Of a stretch of 48,290 nt of DNA, positions 18,382-27,406 are shown one piece after another. The first letter of the stretch is position 1; each line of letters begins with the position of its first letter. Below the pieces are notes generated by a model, which ran no database searches, was not told the origin of the DNA, and saw nothing but the letters and a program-made list of their open reading frames with translations. The stretch comes from Candidatus Sericytochromatia bacterium (lineage in GTDB: Bacteria; Cyanobacteriota; Sericytochromatia; S15B-MN24; JAQBPE01): positions 1-48,290 of the forward strand of contig JAYKHR010000056.1 in the NCBI GenBank assembly GCA_035285125.1, read 5' to 3'. Made by a program: the position numbers and the translations under genes.

Positions 18382-18834
18382 TCGCACGCCTCGGCCCGCC
18401 CCTCGGCCGCGCCCAGCCAGGCGGCTGGGCCAGCGCCCGAGGTCACGCGGCTGCAGCTCAAGGCCGGGCTGGCAGCCGCGGGGGGGTGCTTCGAGGCGAG
18501 GGACGCCGGGCTGGAGCTCGCGCCCGGCGATCGCCTCGACGTCGCCGCCAGTGGGCAGGTCAGCTGGGGCGCCTCGTCCGGCCTGTTCGGCCCGGCCGGC
18601 GACCCCAACAACGCCCCGGAGCAGCCGGGGTGTCCTGGCGCGCCCCTGCCCGGGCAGCCCGTGGGCGCGCTCGTGATGCGGGTGGGGGACGGCCCGTGGG
18701 AGCTCGTGGGGGCCGGCAAGGCCGACCTCACGGGCCGCAGGGGCCGCCTCCGGTTCGCCCTGAACGACACGCGCGCCGACGACAACGGGGGCACGCTCGA
18801 CATCACCGTCACGATCCGGCGGGCACCGCGCTGA
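18382..18834 (+). other. Start-less 150-codon frame encoding a linker plus LecA/PA-IL-like domain (readthrough extension or gene remnant)
   Basis: In frame with the M14 TGA. Manual translation ...GLELAPGDRLDVAASGQVSWG...GPAGDP...GALVMRVG...RFALNDTRADDNGGTLDITVTI. No ATG/GTG/TTG until 18661. Confidence 0.8.
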
Positions 18835-18856
18835 CCGGTGCCGGTATACTGAGGCC

Positions 18857-19819
18857 GTGCAACCGACTGTCACCGTTCCCCCTGCGACAGCCCAGAGCCT
18901 GCCCGCCCGCTGGCGCCACGCGCTGAAGCCTGCCAGCTGGCCCAAGCTCCTCGTGCCCACCGTGCTCGGCCAGGGGCTGGGCCTGGCGGTGGCCCCCGCC
19001 TGGTCCTGGGGGGCTGCTGCCTTCGGGGTGGCCTTCACGCTGGCGCTCGGGGTGTTCATCGTGCTGATGAACGACTGGGCAGACGTCCGCGTCGATCGCC
19101 TCAAGCGCGAGATGTTCCCCACGGGGTGCTCGCCGAAGACCATCCCCGACGGGCTGCTGTCGGCCCGCGCGGTGCTCGTGGTGGGGCTGCTGGCAGGCGT
19201 CCTCGCGCTGGCCCTCGCGGCCTCTCTGGCCGGGCCCCTCGCGCGTCCCTGGCTCGGCGCGCTGGGGCTGGCCTGCGTGGCCACCTTCGTGGCCTACAGC
19301 CTGCCTCCGCTGGCCCTGAACTACCGCGGCGGCGGCGAGCTGCTCGAGACGCTCGGCGTGGGCGTGCTCTTGCCCTGGGTGCAGGCCTACGCCCTCTCGG
19401 GCCTCGTGTGGAGCCCGCACTGGGCTTGGCTGGTGGGGCACGCCTGGCTGGCCCTGGCGAGCGCGCTCGCGAGTGGCCTCTCGGACGAGGAGAGCGACCG
19501 CGCCGGGGGCAAGCGCACCTTCACCACGATGCTGGGCAACGGCGTGGTACGGGCCGGCGTGCGCACGTGCCTGTCCCTCGGGGCGCTGGCGTGGGCGGTG
19601 GCGGGGGTGCTCGGCGTGGGCCCTGCCCCCTGGGTGGGGCTGCTCGCGGCAGTGGCGCTCTCGCTGCACCTGCCGGCGCTGCGTGGCCTGGGGGCCGTGG
19701 CTGTCACCAACGCCTTCGAGGCGCAGGGCCTGTACAAGCAGGCCCTCCACCAGGCGTGCTGGCTGGCGACGCTCACGCTGGCGGTGGGCGTGGTGATCGC
19801 ATCGAGGGTGGGGCCGTGA
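18857..19819 (+). CDS. UbiA-family prenyltransferase (MenA-like)
   Basis: NDWADVRVD, YSLPPLALNYRGGGE, DEESDRAGGKRT. Multi-TM. Confidence 0.85.
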   Translation: MQPTVTVPPATAQSLPARWRHALKPASWPKLLVPTVLGQGLGLAVAPAWSWGAAAFGVAFTLALGVFIVLMNDWADVRVDRLKREMFPTGCSPKTIPDGLLSARAVLVVGLLAGVLALALAASLAGPLARPWLGALGLACVATFVAYSLPPLALNYRGGGELLETLGVGVLLPWVQAYALSGLVWSPHWAWLVGHAWLALASALASGLSDEESDRAGGKRTFTTMLGNGVVRAGVRTCLSLGALAWAVAGVLGVGPAPWVGLLAAVALSLHLPALRGLGAVAVTNAFEAQGLYKQALHQACWLATLTLAVGVVIASRVGP

Positions 19820-20547
19820 GCCTGGCGCCAGCGCTGCTGGGTCGCCTCGCCGAGGCGGAGGCGCGGCTGCGCCGTCGGGTGGCCGTCTACCGCAGCCTGG
19901 CCCCCGGTCGGCCGACGCCGACGGCCTGGACCACGCTGGCCGAGCGGCTGCTGCCCGGCGAGCCGGCGCCGCGCCAGGAGGCCTGGGCCGTCGCGATGGT
20001 GGCCATCGGTGAGGCCCAGGTCGAGGCCTTCCCGGAGACGCTGTTCTGGGATGCCGACGTGGTGGCGGCGAGCCTCCTGCGCGAGGCCGGCAGCGCGGCG
20101 GAGACGCGGGCGCTCGGCGAGGCCCTCGTCTCGCTGCACCACCGCTTTGCCCGCCGGGGGGCGATCGCCTTCCGGTACACCCACGACTTCACCTACGGCT
20201 TCGACTGGGCCCGCTGGGTGGCACGTGAGCCCTCGCTGCGCGCCGCCCATGGCCCGGTCTCGCCCGCCTTCGTGGCTCACATGGCCCGCCGTGGAGACGA
20301 GCTGCTGGCCCTCATCGCGGCCAACGACGCCAAGTACCCGACGCTGGCGGGGGGCACGCCGCGCAACCCCTTCGGCTTCTCTCGCGAGCCCGCCGACGAG
20401 GCCCGGCTGTTCGAGGCGCTGGCGGGCGCGGGAGAGCTGCCCGTGCGGGCCTGGGATCACGCTTCCCCGGCCGTGTGGGAGGCCCCCTTCAGCGAGCTTC
20501 GCGAGGCCCGCGCTCGGACGCTCGGCCTCGTCGTCACCGCCCCGTGA
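19816..20547 (+). CDS. Hypothetical soluble protein
   Basis: GTGA overlaps with both neighbours. Motif-like FPETLFWDAD, FRYTHDFTYGFDWARW and RNPFGFSR. Confidence 0.7.
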   Translation: MSLAPALLGRLAEAEARLRRRVAVYRSLAPGRPTPTAWTTLAERLLPGEPAPRQEAWAVAMVAIGEAQVEAFPETLFWDADVVAASLLREAGSAAETRALGEALVSLHHRFARRGAIAFRYTHDFTYGFDWARWVAREPSLRAAHGPVSPAFVAHMARRGDELLALIAANDAKYPTLAGGTPRNPFGFSREPADEARLFEALAGAGELPVRAWDHASPAVWEAPFSELREARARTLGLVVTAP

Positions 20548-21464
20548 CGGCCCTCGGGGCCTGGCTGCGCGCCGCGCGGCTGCCGTCGCTGGCCTACCTG
20601 TGGCTCCCGTTGCTGCTCGGCGAGGGGATCGCCTTCCGCCAGCACGGCGCCTGGAGCGCATGGCTCGCCGGGTGGGTGCTGGCTTACGGAACGTGCACCC
20701 AGCTGTGGATCGTCTTTGCCAACGATCTGGCCGACGAGGCCGCCGACCGCCTCAACGGCTCGCCCACCTTCCTGTCTGGCGGGGGGCGGATGCTCGTGGA
20801 GGGGCGCCTGAGCCGCCGGGCGCTTCGGAGGGCGGCTGCGGCCGCGGCTGCCGGCGCGTTGCTGAGCGCCGCCGTGGTGGCGGCGGCCCCCGGGCGGGCC
20901 GGCGTCCTGCCCCTCGCGGCCTTCGGGTTGGCGCTCCTCTGGGCCTACAGCTTCCCGCCGCTGCGCGTGTCCTACCGCGGAGGTGGCGAGTGGCTGCAGG
21001 CCGTGGGGCTGGGGGCCGTGCTGCCTGTGCTGGGGTACTGGGCGCAGGCCGGCACGCTGGCCGGGTGGCCCGTGGTGCTGCTGCCGCCGCTGCTGGCCGT
21101 GAACGTGGCCGTTGCGATGGCGACGGCCCTGCCCGATGAGGCGGGCGATCGCCTCGCGGCCAAGCACACCGTGGTGGTGGTGCACGGCGCCCTCCGCGCC
21201 TCGGGGCGCATCCTCGGGGCGCTGCTGGCCGGCCTGGTGGGCTGGGCGGCCGTGCGGGCGGACGTGCCCGGCTTTGCGTGGCCGGCGGGCTGGCACCTCG
21301 GCCCCGCGCTGGCCGCCTGGGGCCTCGCAGCTCTGATGCTGGCGCGGGAGCCCCAGGCCCCGCCTGAACGTCGACTCCCCTTTGTGCTGGCGGCTATTCT
21401 GGCGGCGTTGGCCTGGGTGGGCGCGCTCGCGACGGACCTGTGGCTCGGGGGCGGCCCTCGCTGA
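20544..21464 (+). CDS. Second UbiA-family prenyltransferase
   Basis: NDLADEAAD, SGGGR, YSFPPLRVSYRGGGE, PDEAGDRLAAKHT. Confidence 0.85.
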   Translation: MTALGAWLRAARLPSLAYLWLPLLLGEGIAFRQHGAWSAWLAGWVLAYGTCTQLWIVFANDLADEAADRLNGSPTFLSGGGRMLVEGRLSRRALRRAAAAAAAGALLSAAVVAAAPGRAGVLPLAAFGLALLWAYSFPPLRVSYRGGGEWLQAVGLGAVLPVLGYWAQAGTLAGWPVVLLPPLLAVNVAVAMATALPDEAGDRLAAKHTVVVVHGALRASGRILGALLAGLVGWAAVRADVPGFAWPAGWHLGPALAAWGLAALMLAREPQAPPERRLPFVLAAILAALAWVGALATDLWLGGGPR

Positions 21465-22163
21465 GTGCGGGAGGACCCCTTGTACGCCTTCTTGCTGCTG
21501 TGCCTGCTCCTCGCCATCCCGGCCTCCCTCGCGTGGCTGGTCCGGCCTGATCTCCGCCTCATGGCCGGGCGCATGGCCGTCGTCAGCCTGCCCTTTGCCC
21601 TGACGGAGCGGCTGTTCTACCCGACTTACTGGGAGACGCGCTTCCTGTTCGATCTCGTCGACCGCATCGGCTTTGGCATCGAAGACGTCCTCTTCGTCAC
21701 CACGCTGGCCGTCTTCACCTCGATCGGGTGGGCGGCCGTGACCCGGATGCGCTTCGTGGGCCCGGCGGGCCTCGGACCGGCCGCCTGGCGGCGCGGCGGG
21801 ACGGTGCTGGGCGGCTGCCTCCTGGCCGGCGTGATCGCCTGGGGGCTTGGTTGGCCCATGATCCACGTCTCGCCGGGGATCATGGCCGGTGCGGGGGCGC
21901 TCGTCGGCTGGCGGCGACCGGACCTCTGGGGGCCGGGGCTTGGCTCCGCGGCCCTCACCGTGCTCGTGTACACCGCGGTGTGCCTGGCGCTGCAGGCCCT
22001 CGTCCCCGGGGTGTTCGGGCTGACGTGGCACGCGCAGCGCTTCTCCAACCTCTTCGTGGCCGGCGTGCCGCTCGAGGAAGTGGTGTATGCTGCTGGGGCA
22101 GGTTGGATCGGGGCCGTGTTCTATCCGTACGTTGCGGGGCTGCGCTGGGAGCGACTCGAATGA
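21465..22163 (+). CDS. Lycopene cyclase domain-type (CrtYc/Yd-like, duplicated) membrane protein
   Basis: Two hydrophobic halves ending in GIEDVLF and GVPLEEVVY. Confidence 0.65.
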   Translation: MREDPLYAFLLLCLLLAIPASLAWLVRPDLRLMAGRMAVVSLPFALTERLFYPTYWETRFLFDLVDRIGFGIEDVLFVTTLAVFTSIGWAAVTRMRFVGPAGLGPAAWRRGGTVLGGCLLAGVIAWGLGWPMIHVSPGIMAGAGALVGWRRPDLWGPGLGSAALTVLVYTAVCLALQALVPGVFGLTWHAQRFSNLFVAGVPLEEVVYAAGAGWIGAVFYPYVAGLRWERLE

Positions 22164-22588
22164 CGCCGATCGTGCTGATCCACCTGGGAGCCACCTGGTT
22201 CATGACGGGCCTCATCTGGCTTGTGCAGGTGGTGCAGTACCCGCTGTTCGCTCGCGTGGGCGCCGAAGCTTTCCCGGCCTACCATGCCGGCCACGCCAGC
22301 CTCATCACCCTGGTGGTGGGGCCGGCGATGCTCGTGGAGGCCGCCACCGCCGGCTGGCTGTTGCTGACGCTGGGCGCGGGCCCGCGCGGCTGGGTCTGGT
22401 GGGTCGGGGCCGGGTTGGTCGGCGTGATCTGGCTCAGCACGGCCTTGCTGCAGGTGCCAGCCCACGGTGCCCTGGCGGCAGGATTTGATCCGGAAGTGCA
22501 TACACGTTTGGTTCAGACAAACTGGATCCGCACGCTGGGGTGGTCCGCGCGTGCGGCCTTGCTCACGTGGTGGGTGCTGCGGGCCTGA
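22160..22588 (+). CDS. Small conserved-looking membrane protein
   Basis: ATGA overlap. GLIWLVQVVQYP, QVPAH, NWIRTLGW. Four hydrophobic helices. Confidence 0.7.
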   Translation: MTPIVLIHLGATWFMTGLIWLVQVVQYPLFARVGAEAFPAYHAGHASLITLVVGPAMLVEAATAGWLLLTLGAGPRGWVWWVGAGLVGVIWLSTALLQVPAHGALAAGFDPEVHTRLVQTNWIRTLGWSARAALLTWWVLRA

Positions 22589-24011
22589 CGCGCTCCGCGA
22601 GCACGCCCCGGGCCACGCTTCCCGCGAGGACCAGCGCCAGCGCGACGCCGGGCAGGGCGGCCAGTGTGCGCATCAGCCCCTGGTGGCTGAGCATGGTCCC
22701 GCTGCCGGCCGAGAGCGTCCCGGGCCCGAAGGCGCTCAGCGCGCTCTGGTCCCAACAGAGCGGCAGCAGGAAGGCAAGCGCGCCGCTCCCCGCGCCCGAC
22801 ACGACGGCGATGGCCGGCAGCAGCACGTAGAGCACGACCAGGCCCACGGCGATGGGGCCGACAGGCTCGCGGTGGCGCGGGGTGGCCAGCTGGGCAGCGA
22901 GGACGAGGGCGGCGTCCCGCACCACGAACAGGGCGAGGGGCACAAGCAGCGCCCCGCCGGGGCCGGGGGCGGCTCCACCCCCAAGCGTCCCGAGCAGGGC
23001 CGTGGCTACCAGGCAAGCCGTGCTGGCCAGGCTGACGGCGAGGGCGAAGGGCCACAGCGGCAGGGCGCCCCACCAGGCCAGGCGCTCGTCGCGCTGCCAC
23101 AGGCCAGCCAGCAGGCGGAGGCGGACGCCGTCGAGCCGCTCGCCGAGCATCAGCCCCCACGTCGCCGAGAGGCCCGTGAGGGCCGTCAGGGTCAGCGCCC
23201 CTGGCACCGTGGCGCCGAGCGGCTGCCAGAACGGGAGCAGGTACAGCGGCACGAAGGCCAGGAAGCCCAGCCAGGGCAGCGGCGTCACGGACTCCTGCAG
23301 TTCGAGGCGCATGAGGCGGTGCGCGCCCGTGAGGGCCCAGGCCCACCCCAGGGCCAGGGACAGGGGCACGAAGGCCTCACCGGGCAGCGTGAGCCACCAC
23401 CGGACCTCCCAGCCCTGCCACTGGGCCTCCCCCAACCCGAGGACCTGCAGGCCCGCCCCCAGCACCCACAGGCCGAGCCACACCCCCAGCAGCCAGCCGA
23501 GCGTGGTCATCAGGCCGCGGCTACCGCGCCGCGTCTTGCGCAGCTTCTCGGCGGTGAGGAGGCTGCCGCCGAGGGCCAGCGTGTGGGCGAGCAGCGCGCC
23601 CAGCACCAGCGTGGCCGTGTGCAGCGCCGTCAGGGCGGGTCCCCCGCGGGCCAGCAGCGCCGGGACGTACAGCAGCAACCCCATGAGGGCCCCGAACCAG
23701 GAGAAGGCCGTGGCCCCGAGCAGCTTGCCTGCGATCAGGCCCGTCGCGTCCTGCCCCGAGATGCGCTGCTGGTCCCAGGTGCCGCCCAGCACCTCGTCCG
23801 AGACGGCGCCGCTGGCCTTGCGCAGCCCCCAGACGCCGAAGAAGCAGAATGCCGCGAGCCCCAGCAGCTGCAGGCGCTCGAGCCCAACGGGGCTCAGGGG
23901 GCCGGTCGCGGCGGTGGCCAGGTAGGCCAGTACGGCCAGGATGGCCAGCGCCGTGGCGCACGGGCCCGGGCGCAGCTCGAGCCTCACGTTGCGTCGCAGC
24001 TCGGCGCTCAC
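22563..24011 (-). CDS. ABC transporter permease-like polytopic membrane protein
   Basis: Coupled to ABC ATPase. DEVLGGTWD...GKLLG motif, many TMs. Confidence 0.7.
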   Translation of the reverse strand: MSAELRRNVRLELRPGPCATALAILAVLAYLATAATGPLSPVGLERLQLLGLAAFCFFGVWGLRKASGAVSDEVLGGTWDQQRISGQDATGLIAGKLLGATAFSWFGALMGLLLYVPALLARGGPALTALHTATLVLGALLAHTLALGGSLLTAEKLRKTRRGSRGLMTTLGWLLGVWLGLWVLGAGLQVLGLGEAQWQGWEVRWWLTLPGEAFVPLSLALGWAWALTGAHRLMRLELQESVTPLPWLGFLAFVPLYLLPFWQPLGATVPGALTLTALTGLSATWGLMLGERLDGVRLRLLAGLWQRDERLAWWGALPLWPFALAVSLASTACLVATALLGTLGGGAAPGPGGALLVPLALFVVRDAALVLAAQLATPRHREPVGPIAVGLVVLYVLLPAIAVVSGAGSGALAFLLPLCWDQSALSAFGPGTLSAGSGTMLSHQGLMRTLAALPGVALALVLAGSVARGVLAERVRPAAPTT

Positions 24012-24949
24012 GAGGGACCGCCTTGCTGCAGCTGGGCGAGGTACAGCTTTTGCATGTCGGCCTCCTCAGCCTGCAGCCCGATCACCGCCACGCCGGCCTG
24101 CAGCAGTGCCCGCAGCAGCTCGGCCTGTTCGGCCTCGGGCCGGCGCCACTCCAGCACCACCGCGTCGGGCAGCAGCTGCACGGCCCCCACGCCCGGCAGC
24201 CCTTGCGCCAGGCCCGCCGCCGGGGAAGGGTCCCCGGCGACCCGCAGCCTGAGCAGCCGGCCCGCTTGCGGGCCGGCCCCCTGCACGGGCACGAGGCCCC
24301 GCACGCGGCCGGCCTCCAGCGTGAGCATCCACGTGGCGTAGCCCTCGAGCTCCGCGAGGATGTGGGAGGAGACGATCACGGTCTTGCCGGCACGTCCCAG
24401 CTCGGTGATCAGCTCGGCCAGGTGCGCGCGGGCCGCCGGATCCAGGCCGGAGGCGGGCTCGTCCAGCACCAGCAGGCTCGGGTCGTGCACCAGGGCCTGC
24501 GCCAGCCCCACGCGCTGGCGCTGCCCGCGCGACAGGCTGCCCGCGCGCTGGCCCCACAGCGCCGCGAGGTCGGTGGCCTCGCGGACCGTCGCCAGCCGCG
24601 TCACCAGGGCCTCTCCCGCCAGGCCCCGCGCCGCGCCGGCATGCGTCACGCAGGCGGCCACCGACATGTCCTCGTAGAGCCCGAAGTCGTCCGGCAGCCA
24701 GCCGACGCTGCGGTGCACCGCCCGGGGCTCCCAGGCCGTGTCGTGCCCCGCCACCTCCACCCGCCCTGCCAGCGGCCGGTCCAGCGCGACCAGGCAGCGC
24801 ATCAGGGTGGTCTTGCCGGCGCCGTTGGGGCCGACGAGGGCCGTGATGGCGCCGGCGGGTAGCGAAAAGCTGACGCCGTCCAGGGCCCGGATGCCCGGGA
24901 ACTCGACGACCAGGTCCTGGACCTTCACGGGGGGCTGGGCAGCAGGCAT
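24008..24949 (-). CDS. ABC transporter ATP-binding protein
   Basis: GPNGAGKT, LSRGQ, LVLDEP, SSH. Confidence 0.95.
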   Translation of the reverse strand: MPAAQPPVKVQDLVVEFPGIRALDGVSFSLPAGAITALVGPNGAGKTTLMRCLVALDRPLAGRVEVAGHDTAWEPRAVHRSVGWLPDDFGLYEDMSVAACVTHAGAARGLAGEALVTRLATVREATDLAALWGQRAGSLSRGQRQRVGLAQALVHDPSLLVLDEPASGLDPAARAHLAELITELGRAGKTVIVSSHILAELEGYATWMLTLEAGRVRGLVPVQGAGPQAGRLLRLRVAGDPSPAAGLAQGLPGVGAVQLLPDAVVLEWRRPEAEQAELLRALLQAGVAVIGLQAEEADMQKLYLAQLQQGGPS

Positions 24950-24983
24950 AGCCGTACGTTCCCGTCTACCCCGTGGTCCTAAC

Positions 24984-25445
24984 CTACACGGCGCCCTTCA
25001 GCGCCATCCGCTGGTAGGTGCGCAGCGCCGCCGCGAAGTAGGCCTGGAAGTGGCCCTCGATCGCGGCAATCAGCTCGACCTTGCGCTTGGCGTCGCGGTC
25101 GAAGCGCCCCACGAACCGCTGCAGCGCGGCGCGCTGGGCGGCATGGAACAGCGGCACGTCGGCGGGGTGCAGGGCGCCCTTGGGGATGCCCGGGATGTCG
25201 TCGGTTTCCCAGCGGAGCAGCCGCTCTTCCTCCCAGTCGTGGCCCCGGCCCTCTGCGATGGCCGTGAGCCACTGGGCCTCACGCTCCGAGAGCCAGGCCA
25301 GCGCCTTCTCCTGCGGCATCATCGCCAGCATCTGGATCATCGGCACGTCGAGCTGGCGCAGCGCGGCGAGCTCCTCTGCCACGAAGTCCTTGAGCCACCT
25401 GTCGCGGACGGCGACCGCGAACCTGCTGAACACGTCGTCTTGCAT
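24984..25445 (-). CDS. Hypothetical helical protein
   Basis: GC3-biased ORF, GGAGG upstream. Start may be 25481. Confidence 0.6.
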   Translation of the reverse strand: MQDDVFSRFAVAVRDRWLKDFVAEELAALRQLDVPMIQMLAMMPQEKALAWLSEREAQWLTAIAEGRGHDWEEERLLRWETDDIPGIPKGALHPADVPLFHAAQRAALQRFVGRFDRDAKRKVELIAAIEGHFQAYFAAALRTYQRMALKGAV

Positions 25446-25521
25446 CTGTCGAAGGGACCTCCTCTGGGACCCACCCAGCATGCCCGGGCGGGGGGGGCCC
25501 GATCTGTGTCCGATGTGGCAG

Positions 25522-26787
25522 CTAGCGCCCGAGGCTCAGCCCGGCGAAGTGGCGGGGCTCCGGCGGCAGGTTCAGCTCCGCGTTCGTGGGGTCCTTCGCC
25601 CGCAGCGCCATCCAGAGCAGCGGCCAGCGCCAGTCCTCGAAGTCCCTGCGCGCGGCGCCGATGCCTGGGTGGAAGCCCCGATCGTCGAGCTCCACCGTGT
25701 AGGACAGCGTGCCGTGGGCCTCGTGGACCCAGGTGCTCGAGTCGCCCGACACCTGGTAGAGCAGGCGCGCGATCGGGCCCGCCTTGTAGGCGAGGCGGTT
25801 TGCGATGGGGCGCCCGAGCCGCCCAAGGGCGGCCTCCTTCGGGCTGAACTGCTTGGTGTAGCCGGGGGGCCACAGCACCATCCCGGCAAAGCTGTGGATG
25901 TCCACGGAGAGCAAGAACCGCTGCTCGGCCATGAAGCGCGAGAGCGCGACGGCCTCAGGCTCGGAGAGCGCGGCGGGGCCTCGGAAGTCCTCGTCGCCAG
26001 GCCGCGCGTTGCCCAGGGTCCAGTGGTTGTCGTGGTTGCGGTTCAGGTCGACGCCCACGCTGCTGTCGGCGTTCTTGCGGGCGTTCTTGCGCCACATCGC
26101 GTCCCCCCCCTCGACGCGGACGCGGCCATCGGGGTTGAGCAGCGGCAGCACCCAGACCTCGCGCGTGGTGAGCAATTCGCGCACGGTGGGGTCCTTGGCG
26201 GACCAGCCGCGCACGAGGTGCTGCGCGAGGTCTGTGGTGACCTCGACGGGCGACAGCTCGCGCGCATGCTCACCCGAGTAGTACAGCACGCGGGGCAGGC
26301 CCGCCCGGGCGTCCGCCGTCAGCCTGAGCGCCGGCAGGTCGCGCCCCTCCAGGCTCTTGCCGATGGACACGACGTGGGCGAGGTCGGGGGCCTGGGCTGC
26401 GATCGCCTGGAGCTCGGCGTGCAGCGCCTCGACGGTGCGGTAGCCCGAGGGGAACCCGTCCTCGCCCTCCGAGGCGCGCGCGACGGCCACCACCTCGTAG
26501 CCGTCGCGGCGCAGCGCTGCGGCCTGGGTTGGCGTGACGCGGGCCCCCACGGTGCGGTGGGAGAGGTCGACGTCCTCGAAGAGGTCCAGCCCCCGGCGTG
26601 TCAGGGCCTGCAGCGCGGCATCCGAGCCGAAGCGGATCTGCACCTCCTGCGTGGCCGGTCGGCGGCGCCCCTGCGCCTGGGGCCCGTCCGTCAGCGCAGC
26701 CCCCGCCGGGCGCCCCGGCAGCGCGCCTGGCGAGCAGGCGACGTTCAGCGCCGCAAGGGAGGCAAGCAGGACCGTGGAGCGGCGCAT
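25522..26787 (-). CDS. Second M14 zinc carboxypeptidase, lipoprotein
   Basis: EHARE, NPDG, WRKN, GVDLNRN, SEPE, IHSF, YTVE. NVAC lipobox, AAGGA RBS. Confidence 0.9.
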   Translation of the reverse strand: MRRSTVLLASLAALNVACSPGALPGRPAGAALTDGPQAQGRRRPATQEVQIRFGSDAALQALTRRGLDLFEDVDLSHRTVGARVTPTQAAALRRDGYEVVAVARASEGEDGFPSGYRTVEALHAELQAIAAQAPDLAHVVSIGKSLEGRDLPALRLTADARAGLPRVLYYSGEHARELSPVEVTTDLAQHLVRGWSAKDPTVRELLTTREVWVLPLLNPDGRVRVEGGDAMWRKNARKNADSSVGVDLNRNHDNHWTLGNARPGDEDFRGPAALSEPEAVALSRFMAEQRFLLSVDIHSFAGMVLWPPGYTKQFSPKEAALGRLGRPIANRLAYKAGPIARLLYQVSGDSSTWVHEAHGTLSYTVELDDRGFHPGIGAARRDFEDWRWPLLWMALRAKDPTNAELNLPPEPRHFAGLSLGR

Positions 26788-26855
26788 AGGGGTCCTTTCG
26801 GGGACGACGGGGGTCAGGCCGTCTTCGCCAGCCACGGTTCCGCCGCCGTTCCAAA

Positions 26856-26885
26856 AGATTTATTTTTAGTTAAGCCCAGGGTAAG
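26856..26885 (-). promoter_or_regulatory. Three 8-bp direct repeats at 11-bp period upstream of M14 peptidase
   Basis: Minus strand CTTACCCT-ggg-CTTAACTA-aaa-ATAAATCT. Confidence 0.5.
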
Positions 26886-26891
26886 GGGGCG

Positions 26892-27326
26892 TCAAAGCAT
26901 CAGCAACCCGCCGCCCACGATCAGCAGCGTGCCGAGGGCCTGCCGCCACGAGAGCGTCTCGCCGAGCAGGGCGATGGCGAGCACCACCGTGACGATGGGC
27001 GCCGCGGCGAACAGCAAGGGGAAGACGCGGGCCACGTCCGCCTGCTTCAGCAGGGCGTAGTAGGCGTACTGCGCAAGCAGCAACGAGACCACGCCCGAGG
27101 CTGCATATAGACCGATGACCCGCCAGGGGAGGCTTCGCAGCCCCTGGCCCGCGTCTCCCGCCACGAAGGCCAAGGGCACGGCGACCATGGCCACTGCCGC
27201 CGCGCGGATCGCGATACCGACCAGGGGCGAGACGGCGGTGTGGCCCACGGCCAGCTTGTCGATCAGCGGGATCACCCCCCACAGCACGATCGTGACGAGC
27301 ATCAGGCCGAGGGTGGTGGGGGTCAT
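26892..27326 (-). CDS. EamA/DMT family small transporter
   Basis: About 5 TMs, LLGETLSW, VARVFP. Confidence 0.82.
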   Translation of the reverse strand: MTPTTLGLMLVTIVLWGVIPLIDKLAVGHTAVSPLVGIAIRAAAVAMVAVPLAFVAGDAGQGLRSLPWRVIGLYAASGVVSLLLAQYAYYALLKQADVARVFPLLFAAAPIVTVVLAIALLGETLSWRQALGTLLIVGGGLLML

Positions 27327-27406
27327 GGGGGGCTCCGGGGCTCAGGGGGCGGGCGACAACCTCCCATGCCCCGTGGCGCGGGTGGCCTCACGGGGGCCTG
27401 CCGCTC

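Noticed and set aside
18379..18430. TGA plus hairpin as a selenocysteine/SECIS signal
   Set aside because: The codon lies in a linker with no Cys counterpart or redox motif. GC hairpins are common here.
14037..18834. DGR or shufflon diversifying the lectin-like tips
   Set aside because: No reverse transcriptase, recombinase, near-identical template repeat or inverted sites seen in the window.
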